Part shown: in pieces, positions 1 through 12,380 of the stretch
How positions within the stretch are numbered: the stretch's first letter is position 1
How the letters are laid out: each line of letters begins with the position of its first letter
NCBI RefSeq assembly: GCF_000002075.1
Contig: NW_004797388.1
Location: 966,448 to 1,030,447 of the forward strand
Length of the DNA stretch: 64,000 nucleotides
Source of the DNA: Aplysia californica
Lineage: Eukaryota
Reading direction: 5' to 3'
Program-made: the position numbers and the translations under genes
Notes under the pieces: generated by a model
Database searches by the model: none
Seen by the model: only the letters and a program-made list of their open reading frames with translations
Told to the model about the DNA's origin: nothing

Positions 1-1267
1 CACTGTAAACATTGTAATATAATGTGAAAGAGCTAAAACATGCGGTAGTGTCAAGAAACGATATTATGAATAACATAAGACTGAAGTTACTGAGATTAAT
101 TGAAACTGACTTGATCGGCACAGAAAATGAAACACTACTAGGCCAGAACACAAACTGAAAGTGAGAGGCAATAAACTGTGGTCCTGGCCTTCAGTACTTT
201 ACTCGTACTTTCTACACCCCCACACAAAATACCGACGTGCACTGGACCCGTTGAATATATGTAATAAAAACTGTCCTGTATTATGACAAAAAATCAATTG
301 ATACTGTACCAGTGACGCTGTCCCAAGCAGATCAAGTCTACAATCAGATAGAATACAAAGCTGGACAAAGTTAGCACACAACAGTTTCCGATCATTATAT
401 CATCAAATTTTCTTCATCTCACTTCTTACTTCTCAGAACAGAACACTGTGTTGTAACAAAGTGGGGAAGTGTGTCAAATGCTAATTATAGAACTTGGTGT
501 CTAGCTGGAGTGACGGTGGAAAAGCGGAGGGAAGGGAGGGGGTAGGCCTGGCCCAGACTCTGACAGCCGAGTGCCTATCGCTCCTCGTTAAAATTATCCA
601 TATATATCTTCACTAGACAATTCCTCCTTCCGCCGGCCAGATTCCTAAGGGCCAGGTAAGCTATTAGTGGGGAGAAAACGACGAGTAAATGTCAAACAGG
701 AACTATGAGTGGTTAAAAAGTCAATAAACAAAAAAGATAAGGGCCATGCTAACAATAAATGTTCTGATAGTAGTTAGAGAAAGGCTGAATGATAAATACA
801 TGTTTTGCTGATAAAATGATACATGTGTCTGTGCTGCTCAAGACAGTCTCAATCTTAATTTTGTAAGCTACAAAGAGGCCAATTTGGCAATTAAGGGATT
901 AACTATCCGTTGTGAGGGCTGACGATGGATTTGTCCATGGGACTGACGTCATCGCTAGGCCTAAGCCCGCCGTGTGTTTGGCCTCGCACGTAGTAGCCTA
1001 CGAAGTTCCGCGACGTGACGGCTTGATGGTAGGGGAGACGATTTAAAGTTATGAGCCGGCGCGATAACAAACGTGAAGGAATGAGGCTCTGTCGCGACAA
1101 AACAGCAATGAATCCCACTTGTCTATTTGAGCGTCTTCAAATCGGCAAGGTGCTTTTGAATGTTGATACATGTTTGTTTGGATTTACTTAAAACTGAATG
1201 AAAATCATCATCAGCAATAAATCTCCTGTCAACAGTCCAGCTGAAAAATATTAACAAATCGCCCCTG
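1..1267. mobile_element. Non-autonomous hAT-type element, family A (left part outside window)
   Basis: Aligns by eye over its full length to 20794-22070 and ends at the same terminus (AACAAA(T/C)CGCCCCTG). The other copy has TIRs and an 8-bp TSD. Confidence 0.85.
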
Positions 1268-1389
1268 TATTAGATCATATGAGCGCACAGGACACATTAA
1301 ACATTTTCAGTTGGTAGGAAATTTTGAATTGTGCCCAGGTGGTGGCAGAAGCCTAAACATGTATTCTTATAATTATACGGTGCGCAACT

Positions 1390-1735
1390 TGCACACGGAA
1401 CCTCTGAGATTGTTAACCCTTGTCCGAGAATGCTACGTGTAGATCTTTCCTACCAGGAGATCAGGGGTGTGGCTGAAAAACAGCTGTAAGAAGGAGTCAA
1501 GGAGTAGCAGTAGAAAGGCTGCAGAAAGAGTCAGGAGCCCAGAGTAGGGGGCAAAAGAGGTGAAGGGGTAGGGGCAGAAAGTGGAGACGAAAGCAAACGG
1601 CAGAACATTGTTAGAGAGCAGGAAAGGATGTGAAAGGATAACATTTTAGAGAAGAAAATTTTCCGTTGCTATTCGGATTGGAACCCGGGGCCTATTGAAT
1701 GAGAGGCAAACACCTAGCCTTTAGGCCACGAGAGC
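1390..1735 (-). mobile_element. tRNA-Glu(CTC)-derived SINE-like repeat, copy 1
   Basis: Minus strand begins GCTCTCGTGGCCTAAAGG (A box), has loop CTCTCAT and B box GGTTCCAATCC. The pyrimidine-rich body is homologous to 7234-7572. Confidence 0.75.
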
Positions 1736-2930
1736 CCCCCTCAAGTTTGTTTTCGCGTTAGTTCAAAGCACAGCGTAGGTATTATGACGGTTAACACACT
1801 TAGATATCTAACACTTTACGGGTTCTCTTGAAATTCCCAGAAGCTGTAAGTAGAAGAAATAATTTCTCTAGCTCGCTCTGGTTAAGCTATTTTTGGTATA
1901 CATGTAGGGGGGAAGCTCGCTTTTCAAGCTGTGAGAGAGGTGGTTTATTACTAGAGCTGCCTTCTGATTTATGAAGAATATTTGTCAGGGCATCGCTTTC
2001 TTTCTGCTAGAATCTAGATCTAGTTTCTTTTCTCCCCCTTCGTTTTTGACTGTAGAATTACATGTATTAAGGTATATTGGATTTTTTTAAAAATTAGAAT
2101 CCATCTTATATTTTGGGGGGACATTGAGTCTTTTTTTTTTTTTTTTNNNNNNNNNNNNNNNNNNNNNNNNNNNNNNNNNNNNNNNNNNNNNNNNNNNNNN
2201 NNNNNNNNNNNNNNNNNNNNNNNNNNNNNNNNNNNNNNNNNNNNNNNNNNNNNNNNNNNNNNNNNNNNNNNNNNNNNNNNNNNNNNNNNNNNNNNNNNNN
2301 NNNNNNNNNNNNNNNNNNNNNNNNNNNNNNNNNNNNNNNNNNNNNNNNNNNNNNNNNNNNNNNNNNNNNNNNNNNNNNNNNNNNNNNNNNNNNNNNNNNN
2401 NNNNNNNNNNNNNNNNNNNNNNNNNNNNNNNNNNNNNNNNNNNNNNNNNNNNNNNNNNNNNNNNNNNNNNNNNNNNNNNNNNNNNNNNNNNNNNNNNNNN
2501 NNNNNNNNNNNNNNNNNNNNNNNNNNNNNNNNNNNNNNNNNNNNNNNNNNNNNNNNNNNNNNNNNNNNNNNNNNNNNNNNNNNNNNNNNNNNNNNNNNNN
2601 NNNNNNNNNNNNNNNNNNNNNNNNNNNNNNNNNNNNNNNNNNNNNNNNNNNNNNNNNNNNNNNNNNNNNNNNNNNNNNNNNNNNNNNNNNNNNNNNNNNN
2701 NNNNNNNNNNNNNNNNNNNNNNNNNNNNNNNNNNNNNNNNNNNNNNNNNNNNNNNNNNNNNNNNNNNNNNNNNNNNNNNNNNNNNNNNNNNNNNNNNNNN
2801 NNNNNNNNNNNNNNNNNNNNNNNNNNNNNNNNNNNNNNNNNNNNNNNNNNNNNNNNNNNNNNNNNNNNNNNNNNNNNNNNNNNNNNNNNNNNNNNNNNNN
2901 NNNNNNNNNNNNNNNNNNNNNNNNNNNNNN

Positions 2931-3020
2931 GAAGAAGAAGAAGAAGAAGAAGAAGAAGAAGAAGAAGAAGAAGAAGAAGAAGAGGAGGAGAGGAGGAGGA
3001 AGATGAGGAGGAGGAGGAGG
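2931..3020. repeat. (GAA)n/(GAG)n microsatellite next to an assembly gap (2147-2930)
   Basis: Seen directly. Confidence 0.95.
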
Positions 3021-4525
3021 AAATGGGGAGGAAGAAAAAGATGAGGAAGAAAAGTGAGTCTAGTTCACAGTTGTGTTTGAGTAAAGAAAAGCACACCGAA
3101 ACGATAACACGACACCTTAGAATTACGAAGGTCTATTCGACATTTTTGGCCGTTTTGAGTCTCTAAGATGATGTGGTCAGAAACCAAATGCTCTATCAAA
3201 ATCGTGCGATATTCGGAGTCGTTATCAAGATATTCCAAGAATTGCATTCGAAAAAGTTTGACATATTGTGAAGCTCAAAATCTTTTACGTCAAATTTCTC
3301 TAAACTAGGTACTCGAGCAGATAGAACTTTGTAATCCTAAGGTAACGAAGGGTCAATCAGTGCAGGAAAAAAGCATAATGGAAACAACGAAGGGGAAGTC
3401 AAAAAGCAGGAGCATGTACCTTTCCAGTGGCGCCCTCCAAGCACCCACGAAGAGGGGCAGAGTCCGTGGAAACAGGGGTAAAAAAAATAACACGAGTTGC
3501 CGGAACCTTGGGTTTGCGCACCTGCTGAACTCGTGATTCTTTGATGAGAACGTTATGCAACTGCATGTGTCATGAATTGACATCGAGTAATTCCCCACAC
3601 AGCGAATAGAGCCAGTTTGTTTGTATTTTTTTTCTTTCTATTATTGTTCACCCCCCCCCCCCTTTCCACCCCTTAGAAACAAAATTCTAATCTGTGCGAA
3701 TTCGCAGGAAAGGGAAATTTCAAGGATAACGTACACGTCAGGTAAAGAGATCTACTTCATACATTATGGGTGCTACGTACCCAAGTAAACGATATTATTC
3801 CTAATTCTATCGTTCTTTTCCCTGCAGTTACTGTACCTCTATGGTGTGGTTTTGAGGAAAGCGTGTGTATACATTTGAGGATCAGTTAACGTTTCTTTTT
3901 TCAGTTTGGGGTCATTGGGTGCTCACGATTATACACCGGTCAACAACCTTTGTTGGTTTTCTTTTCGTTGAACGCAAATGTGGCAGCTGTATCCACCTGG
4001 CTGGGCAAAACCGTGCCTGTCTTCCTTCTGCGGGACAAACGGAACAAATTACATGTACTTTCCGCGAGCAAGTTGCACACGTGAAAGATTCCTTGGTTGT
4101 CAAAAATCGATAAGAGTAGACTTCTGCCGCCACCTGGGCAAAAATTCAAAATTTCCTACCAACTGAAAATATTAGGTGTGTCCCCCGCGCTCATATGACC
4201 TTATGCAGTTGCGACCGCCGTAAAACACTTACCAAAAAAACAAAACAAGAAACATGTACTTTGTACACATTTATGCAGTTATGTTTTCTAATAATCTGTC
4301 TGTGGCACTGCCTTAGGTCTATAATTTTACGTTCAAAAGCACAGCCTCTACTTTGCGCATTAAATTCGAAGGCATGTTCAATACGTTAGGAATATAAACA
4401 AATAAGACAATTGATAGTTATATTATACAAGTAATTGTACAGTCAAACCACATTATACCCCTACACCTCCCATTATACTGCTAGCCCTGCTTACAGCCAG
4501 GTTTTGCCAGTGTAAGAAAAGGAAC

Positions 4526-4526
<1 letters not shown>

Positions 4527-4589
<63 letters not shown>
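4527..4589. repeat. (CT)n microsatellite
   Basis: Seen directly. Confidence 0.95.
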
Positions 4590-4591
<2 letters not shown>

Positions 4592-5296
4592 TGGGCCAAT
4601 ACAAACAAACGCACAATACATCTTCGAAATATATATCCTGTCTGTGTCTGTGAAACAGCTTTGTTAGAGAAACGTTTCAATGTGGAATGCGAAGAACGGA
4701 ATGGAGAACGAAGAAGCAGTAAAGGTGTAACAATAGTAGTAATAGTAGAACCAATACCCCCAACACAACCATTACCACCGACCTCATGCAAATCCGTAGT
4801 ATGCAGCGTTTAGCGAGCTGTTCGAAGGAAAAAAACAACCAACTGTTGTCCCCATAATATAATACTTCTGGCTTTTTTTACCTCGCAACAACGAAACAAA
4901 TCGTGTTTTAAACGTCGTTCCTGTTCTACTGTACATTTAGAAACTCGTTCGATGATTTTAAACTGGATCTACTATCGAATTTGCAGAAATGTTTGTTCGC
5001 AGTTTGAAGTGTCAACAGAAAAATAACTGTCTGAGCTGCCAATGTGGTGACTTGAGAACCGTAGGCTCCCATCTCATTGAGATTTATAAGTGAGATAGAA
5101 CTATATAGATGTGTGTCCGCGTTGTATTAAACATAGATGGATGAGTCTGTTATACAAAAAGACGAGACACCAATGCATCACCAACTTTCACATCGCGGTA
5201 CGCCTGCGTTACTACTCTTGTTCTGCGTCTTTACTTTCTGTCCTCAACTCACCACTCTTTCTCGTGACCTTCCTCTTCTTTCCAATGTCTTTTTTT

Positions 5297-5327
5297 CTGT
5301 CTGTCTGTCTGTCTCTGTCTCCCTCCC

Positions 5328-5384
<57 letters not shown>

Positions 5385-5388
5385 CTGT
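5297..5388. repeat. (CTGT)n microsatellite running into a gap
   Basis: Seen directly. Confidence 0.95.
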
Positions 5389-6174
5389 NNNNNNNNNNNN
5401 NNNNNNNNNNNNNNNNNNNNNNNNNNNNNNNNNNNNNNNNNNNNNNNNNNNNNNNNNNNNNNNNNNNNNNNNNNNNNNNNNNNNNNNNATATATAATTAT
5501 TTAAACATAAAGTTTGCACCTTCACCTCACCGCCACCAGCCAACTGTTTGAGTTGTACAGTCCTTATAAGATTCATGTAAATTTGCCCTGCTATACCGCC
5601 AGCGAAGAAGCCGCCAGAAGCACAGACTACACACGACACACACTAGGTAGCTGCTTGATACTCTCTGTCCTTCACACATCTCTGTGCATTTGGCCTATTT
5701 CTTTTGTTTGTCGGCGATTTGCTCCGGATTTGCGCTGATCATCATGAAGATGCCTTTTTCAGGCTTTGGCCAATTGTTTCGGGGTTGTTGTTTTTTTAAT
5801 TAAAGATTGGACGGAAATTATAAAATCGTCTATCTAGAGAAACTTCAAAGGTACTGCGCACCTTTGCTTGTCGACAAAACATTTAGCGCCGCCAGATATC
5901 AGCCCGATAACCGCAATGCTGGCGGGCACCCGTGATACTTTCCTCTTGCGAAGACTTAATTTGAACACTACGTGGAAGGTCTGAAGCAGCCCGAGGACTG
6001 ACAAGTATCGGGTAAAAAGAAAGTGTACATCTACAAGGTCCTTAGCCTTAACACATCCCGCCCCGCTTACCGCCAGGTTTTTGCCAATGTGCGAAAAGGA
6101 GCGCATAGGATTTACGCCTTCACACGGCCATCCGCCAACTGTCTGAGTTGCACGATCCTTGTTTAACTAATGTA

Positions 6175-6789
6175 CAGTGGGTGTCGCATTCAACAAGAAG
6201 TCGGCTCTAACGAGGCAATCCTTAATCCCCGCTTTTGTTCCTCTATATCTCTTTGTAAAAGTGCATCAGCTCCAACGAAATTGCAAACAGACCGAAGTCG
6301 CTTTCAATGAGGTCGCGATAACCAAATAAAAGCAATTAACGGCCCCAAAAGCGAAGAATGTTTCTCCTTTCTCTCCATCTCACGCGAAGCACAAGGCCCA
6401 TCCTCGATTTTTAACACATTGTATTGATAGTTCTAGTGTGCCTCCTAATTAAATATAGGCCTCAAAGCCTAGAGGGTGGGCGAGGGTTAGTCTACGGATG
6501 GGAGGGGGTGGGTGGGAACGCGATGCTGGCTGTATTCCGGATAAAAAACTAAAAATGCTGAAATGACGGTCAGAACACAGCTCAAACACGCGCACACTGA
6601 TGCTGTTTGAGATTTTCGTCATCAGGGGGAACAACTGTTTTAATTACTGGTATTGGTACAATATATAATTAATAATATAATAACTTGTCTCCTTTCTTTT
6701 CTTTAGCCCTAGTCACATTCAAAGAGAGGTCGGATCCAACGAGGACAATTAGCTGGTCCTGGCTACCTCGTTGAATGCGACATTCACTG
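6175..6789. mobile_element. Tc1/mariner-pogo MITE
   Basis: TIRs CAGTGGGTGTCGCATTCAAC / GTTGAATGCGACATTCACTG, flanked by TA on both sides (6173-74, 6790-91). Confidence 0.85.
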
Positions 6790-7233
6790 TAATTGCTCGC
6801 TTTTAAGGACAAGCGGGCTAAATTTCGGGGGTTTCCAGAAATCTTGTCCTACACCAAAAGTGAGCATTGTCCCACCTATGAGAGAAGTTTGGTTTCATTG
6901 GTGTATATGTTTGTTTGGTTATAGAAATAACTCTCCTCATCTTTTAAAGAAACTGAACAAGTGTTCAAAAACCTTTACCTTTGATTTTCTCAAAACAGCA
7001 TTTTTTGGGATAGTCCCCCTGTGCTTAAAAGCGACCAATTATTCCCATACTGACAGCCAGAGGTACACACTACACGCGGCGAACAGCACCCAGTGGTTAA
7101 CTGCTTGATAAGTATTCTTTGTCCCACGAGAAAGACATACATATACAAGTTTTGTTTTTGTTTTGTTGTTGTTGTTTTGTTGTTTTGTTGTTGTTGTTGT
7201 TGTTGTTGTTGTTTGGTGGGAAAGTGTTTGTTT

Positions 7234-7572
7234 GCTCTCATGGCCTAGAGGTTACGGTGTTCGCCTCTCACCCAATAGGTCAGGGTTCGAAACCTGACAG
7301 CGACGGAAAATGTTCTTATAAAAAAATTCTCCTTTCACCCCCTTTCCTGCTCTCTAACCATGTTCTGTCATCAGCTTTCGTCTCCATGTTCTGCTCCCTC
7401 CCTTTTCCCCCTTCCTCTGGGCCCCTGACTCTTTCTGCAGCCGTTTTACTGCTGCTTGGCTCCTTCTTACTGCTGTTTTTCAGCCCCATCCCTGACCTTA
7501 TGATAGGTCAGATCTGACATTACACCTAGCGTTCTCGGATAAGGGCGAAAAATCTCGGAGGTTCCGTGTGCA
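7234..7572 (+). mobile_element. tRNA-Glu(CTC)-derived SINE-like repeat, copy 2
   Basis: Head GCTCTCATGGCCTAGAGG...CTCTCAC...GGTTCGAAACC. Body homologous to the reverse complement of 1390-1735. Confidence 0.75.
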
Positions 7573-8185
7573 GGGGCAAACAAAAGAAGCCCACAAAAGA
7601 AAACAGGGTCGTAAATTGTGACGGGTGGTGAGAACCGTTGTTGCCAATTGCGCTGAGGGAGGTAACAGCTCAATTTAAACTCCCCCTATCATATGCCACC
7701 CGGGTTTCGTCCCCTCTTCGTTGTTACGACTGGACCAACTGTGAACTCAACTACGGATACCACGAGACCACATAAATTATTCAACGACACCTACGACCTC
7801 GTTGTCAGAAAGTTAGGGCAAGTTGATCTTATCATCTTACATTCCTCCTCGAAAATGACATACTGCATTAAACATTTTACAGAGGAGGTTTACAAGAAGC
7901 TCTTGAAAACGTAGAATAAACACTGGAAACGGAATGGAAAACTTTGAAGATATTATGTGAAGACTGGAAACGTCATAGGTGCGGTGCAAGCGACTTATAA
8001 CGTATCCATGATGCGTTCAAGTTCCACTCCTCAATAGCACAGAAAGGTGTGGCTTCCGAATTTAACATTCGACACTGACGACCGTGTCTTGAAAAATCCC
8101 TCCATAAACCAAGCCCAAACGTTACGGTCGTCCCCACTGTAGTTCTTTAAAAGGAGTACATTGACACAACAATGGCCGTTTACTA

Positions 8186-8800
8186 TAGTGCAGTCAAAAA
8201 TTCGTTGCGCAACTTCTCAAATGTCTCTTTAACTAGGTGAATCAGTAGTGTCACCCATACTTCATTTGTATTAATTTGTCTTAACTTAGTCATATTTTCC
8301 ATAACAAGTACGGCTATTTTTTTTTTAAACGTTTATTAATAGATTAATCTAGATTTAGATCTAGATCTATTGAATACAATACTACAATTCTCCGTCGAGC
8401 GGAAAATGTGATTGTTCATAGCCCTTCCGGCTTCTCACACACATTTTACATACGCAATATGGCCTACGTCATTGCTAATCAATGACACTTTTTTGTGGCA
8501 AACTTGTGACAAGATTTTAATGTTATAGAGAACACTTTTTTGCAAAACATGTGTTCAATAAGCATAAGGCCGCGATTAGGGGAAGGTCGTTGTAAACCAT
8601 TGAAAATTTGTTGAAACCACCCACCTGGATTTTTTATGTGTATTACATTTTCTAGAATACAGCTAACATGTGTTTACAAAAATATTGATCTGTTAAGACA
8701 AATTGATACAAGGCGTTGTGCAAAATATGGAGGTTATTTTTTCCTTTAGTTTAGGAAATATTTGACAATAAGTTGCGCCACGCATTTTTAGACCGCGCTG
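8186..8800. mobile_element. Tc1/mariner-type MITE
   Basis: Imperfect TIRs TAGTGCAGTCAAAAATTCGTTGCGCAACTT / AAGTTGCGCCACGCATTTTTAGACCGCGCTG, TA flanks. A second, split copy lies at 58129-58335 and 61571-61655. Confidence 0.75.
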
Positions 8801-9371
8801 TAGTATTGGGGAAAAGCACGACAGACAAAAACAATAGAGGGAAAGTAAAGAAGCAGGACCTACAAATGGCGCCCTCCAACCGCCCATTCTGCTATCCAGC
8901 AAGACATCAAATGAGCAAAGAGTTGGAGCACGCCCTGTAAAAGACTTAATTAAAGCTTACACTTACACGTACACACGATACAGTGAATGTTGTATATACG
9001 TGTAATCTGAGGACAAGAAAACAGGGAGGAAAATGATAAAAGAAAGAACAATAATGCTAGAGAGCAGCCTTAATAGAAACAACCAGGCTGAGAGGCGCCA
9101 ACGATGAAAGGAAAACAGCGGACACACAGAGCTTCGATCTACGACACTGACATGCAAGCACTGCGACAGAATCTGCGCTTCTAACATAGGAAGAATTAGT
9201 CATGAAAGAAGCTGTATGAAGACAACCTTGAGACCATCTTAAACTTAATTGACGTCTGCATAGACGAAAAGAGCCATATATATAAATAACAAAGTCGTCA
9301 TGCCTAACCTTCGATTTTGTTGAATGCGAGTGTTCGTATAGAATGTGAAAAAATAAAATGGTGAAATGGTA

Positions 9372-9575
9372 TGAGTTTAACGCCCCTATCAACACTATTA
9401 GGTTATTTAAGAGGCGGGACCTCCTAATTTAACGTCCGTCTCCAATAGGACCGAGCCAAATGGGAAGTTCGTGTAAAGTGCCTTTCCCAAGGACACAACG
9501 TCGAACCGAGCTGAGGCTCGAACCCCCGAACCCGCAATCTCACGATTACGAGTCCGGTAGCCTAGACGCCACTTA
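9372..9575 (-). mobile_element. tRNA-derived SINE (SINE2)
   Basis: Minus strand: degenerate tRNA head with GGTTCGAGCC, conserved SINE-domain-like GTTGTGTCCTTGGGAAAGGCACTTTA, tail GGGGCGTTAAAC. Confidence 0.75.
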
Positions 9576-9829
9576 TAGAATGTGAGACAAATTGCGTCAC
9601 AATGCACGGCTTAGGCCGGTCCCAGAGTGGCTCTGTAGGTCTGACCTGTGGTTCGCCTAGAGTACGGAAACGTGTGTTTCTATAGACCAGCGCGCATTTT
9701 ATTACTAAGATAAACATTATACAGTATAACAGATCACGGATAGGTCGAACACAGAAGACCAGAAATCACGCATCCAGCGAACTGTGCCGGCGGTCCGTTT
9801 TTTCCTTTTTTGAAAACCTTTGTAAGATG

Positions 9830-9937
9830 TCCCTCGAACTACGACGGATCCCTCGAACTACGACGGATCCCTCGAACTACGACGGATCCCTCGAACTACG
9901 ACGGATCCCTCGAACTACGACGGATCCCTCGAACTAC
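9830..9937. repeat. 19-bp minisatellite (TCCCTCGAACTACGACGGA), 5 copies plus a partial
   Basis: Perfect head-to-tail copies with no spacers. Confidence 0.95.
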
Positions 9938-11963
9938 CGAGGCCGGTCTCAACGAAATCGAGCTATCCGTGTTTTACTGTATCTATAGGCTACTCACAGT
10001 AAAAAGAAAATGTACAAAGTTTAAATTTAAACAACCACAGTTTAAATAGCTGAAGGTCAATAGTTGCCAAATTTTGCGTGGAAGCCGATGTTTCCTTAAA
10101 GTTGCAATAGTTTCAATTTAAAAAATATATATTTATGTTACATGTGTATATATTTTATCGAGGGGCATAACTATGATTTAAAATTCGTTCAACTGCCTCA
10201 AAATGCGACCACGGTACTTGTTGGTTGTAGGCCTATACGTTTACAATTTTGAGTCTATGATTCTCTTTCTGATATTTTTTTCTGATTTTAATGAGTAAAA
10301 CACAGGGAATCTGTCTCCTTTCGGGGAATCCGAGTTCCACTGTACATGTGTAAAATGATTTAATAACTCTGCATGGGGGCTCAGTAGTTCAATTGTTATG
10401 GAGGTTAGGCTTAAGTTAATTAATGAAAACCCTGATTCTTGGTTGGGGAACAGGGCGACTCGAGGGGTTAAAAGTGGGTGTGAACTTATGTTATCAGAGA
10501 TTAAAGTTAACTATAGTAAATTGCGTAGTAAATGAGAAGCTGTACACTGCATATTTTCAATATCTTTGGGTTGGTGAGGATCTAATTCTTTCAATTTCAC
10601 TATTTTTTCTCACTTAGATTTCCAGAGATGAATCTGTTTGTTTGCTAAAATCAACTTCATTCATCCTTCAATGGAACTGGACTCTCAAGTAATAACACTT
10701 TCACCAGTACAAACCATTCATTCAAAGGCTGTAATAACACTGATCTTTCTATGTCACGGTGACCTCGCTCTAGCTCAGGGTCACAGTCACAGAAGCGGAG
10801 CTAGGCTTACTAAAATAATGACAAGACTATGAACCAATCGCAATTCACTTAAGCACGACGCTGGATAATACTCTGTCCTCGCAGAATTATACATGTACAA
10901 ATTTAAATGGCCAAATTACGCATGACAAATGCAAAATTATGCGCAAAATTATACAAAAATTGTGCAAGTTACCGTAACGCCATTCGCGACATGTTTTGCA
11001 CTTTTTCAACAAAAATGTTCATGTTTTAGATCTATGTACAGAAGAATTGAAAACAGAACATATCAGTATCAGTAGGTTTTTTTGTGCGTGTGTATTTGGA
11101 ATTAAGATACACATCAGTCAGGAAAAAAATATATAACCAGTATATAATCTCTGTAACTTTCAGCTGTACAGAGGAAAGAAAAATGTTTGGTTTTTTTAAA
11201 TTTAATCCGGACCTCTGATGCTGGCACATCACTAAAACCAGGAATACCTGTCAAACATGAAACATCAGCAGATATGAGAACAACTTTTGATAGACTGAAA
11301 AGTTGAAAATGCTCCAGGAACAAAAATCCCTAAAACCAACTTATCACTTACTTAAATGAAACTTTTTACTGTGATTACTTCCCTTTAGTCACATATCGAG
11401 GCGTTAAATTGTTTTGTGAAAAAAATTATTTAAAAACCGTGAAAAAACGGGGGAAATCCAAAATTATGCAAGTGTTGCAGATTTATGAGAAAAAACAAGT
11501 CCGCGCCGCGGCCGCACAATGGCATAATGCGACTGGGACAGAATTGTACTGGCTTGCTCTGGAGCTCACATTATGTATACATAGAATTGTGCAGGCTTTC
11601 ACAAAGTCTGAGATCGTGTTTTTCAGACTGCCTACTATGGGTGATGTTTCGGCGGGCGCATTTTAAGATTTGCCGTCTTTTATTGATACATTTACTGAAA
11701 TTAATATGCCGTCAAACTCACTACGAACGTCGTCATCGCTTGGCTTAGCCCAAATAGCGTTTTGTTAGGTCAGATTATTACCGTTGAACATTCTATTATA
11801 ATCAACTGTATGCTCAGATGCACGGGGACCTTGGTACGGCATTGTAGATGTTTTACGGCGCTACAGACACAGTAATGACCGTTAGGACGCCTGCGAATAC
11901 TTTGAATTGATAAAATATTTGAGCAGCGCTTGTCCGCTTCTTGTAAATGTATTTTTCGTTGAC

Positions 11964-12037
11964 AGCCGGTATTTTCACATGTCGTGAAAACAAAATCTTA
12001 TTCGCTTTTTTCACGACATGTCGAAGCCATACCGGCT
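11964..12037. other. Extended hairpin / inverted repeat
   Basis: AGCCGGTAT..ACATGTCGTGAAAA - loop - TTTTCACGACATGT..ATACCGGCT: perfect 9-bp and 14-bp stems. Confidence 0.8.
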
Positions 12038-12304
12038 CTAGTCTTACCGCACAGGTCTAGAATCTAGGCCTATTTAAGCTAAAATACAATTTTTTCGGTA
12101 GATTTAGATATCTAGATCTAGTTTCCGATTTCGGACATGTTCTACCGTCATTCTGATTAAGGTGTCAAAACTACCCGATTTGCGATGGGTGCAGAGAGTG
12201 CTTCCAACTTTCCCTTGCGAAACTCGTAGCCTAGGCCAAAATCCCGAAATTCTGTGCTTGACTCATCATCATCTATGCCGCACTAAGTGTTTTTTTTTTT
12301 AATT

Positions 12305-12371
<67 letters not shown>

Positions 12372-12380
<9 letters not shown>

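Noticed and set aside
100-660. Coding relic inside hAT family A (RPTPSL, CGCRK-like)
   Set aside because: Suggestive of a hAT N-terminus on the minus strand but too fragmentary to annotate.
1667-1735. Genuine tRNA genes (also 7234, 42303, 45538)
   Set aside because: Acceptor and anticodon stems are mismatched, so these are better described as tRNA-derived repeats.
2020-3096. Long ORFs containing X runs (also 25999-27075, 41199-41634, 48454-48922 and others)
   Set aside because: Open only because N gaps and microsatellites lack stop codons.
7800-8160. Possible transposase relic on the minus strand (VWAWFMEGFFKTRS..AIEE)
   Set aside because: Only a vague resemblance to a transposase motif. 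Cannot be assigned without a search.
9830-9937. CRISPR-like array (also 45313-45495, 55644-55906, 57430-57795)
   Set aside because: Head-to-tail repeats with no unique spacers, no cas genes and a eukaryotic context.
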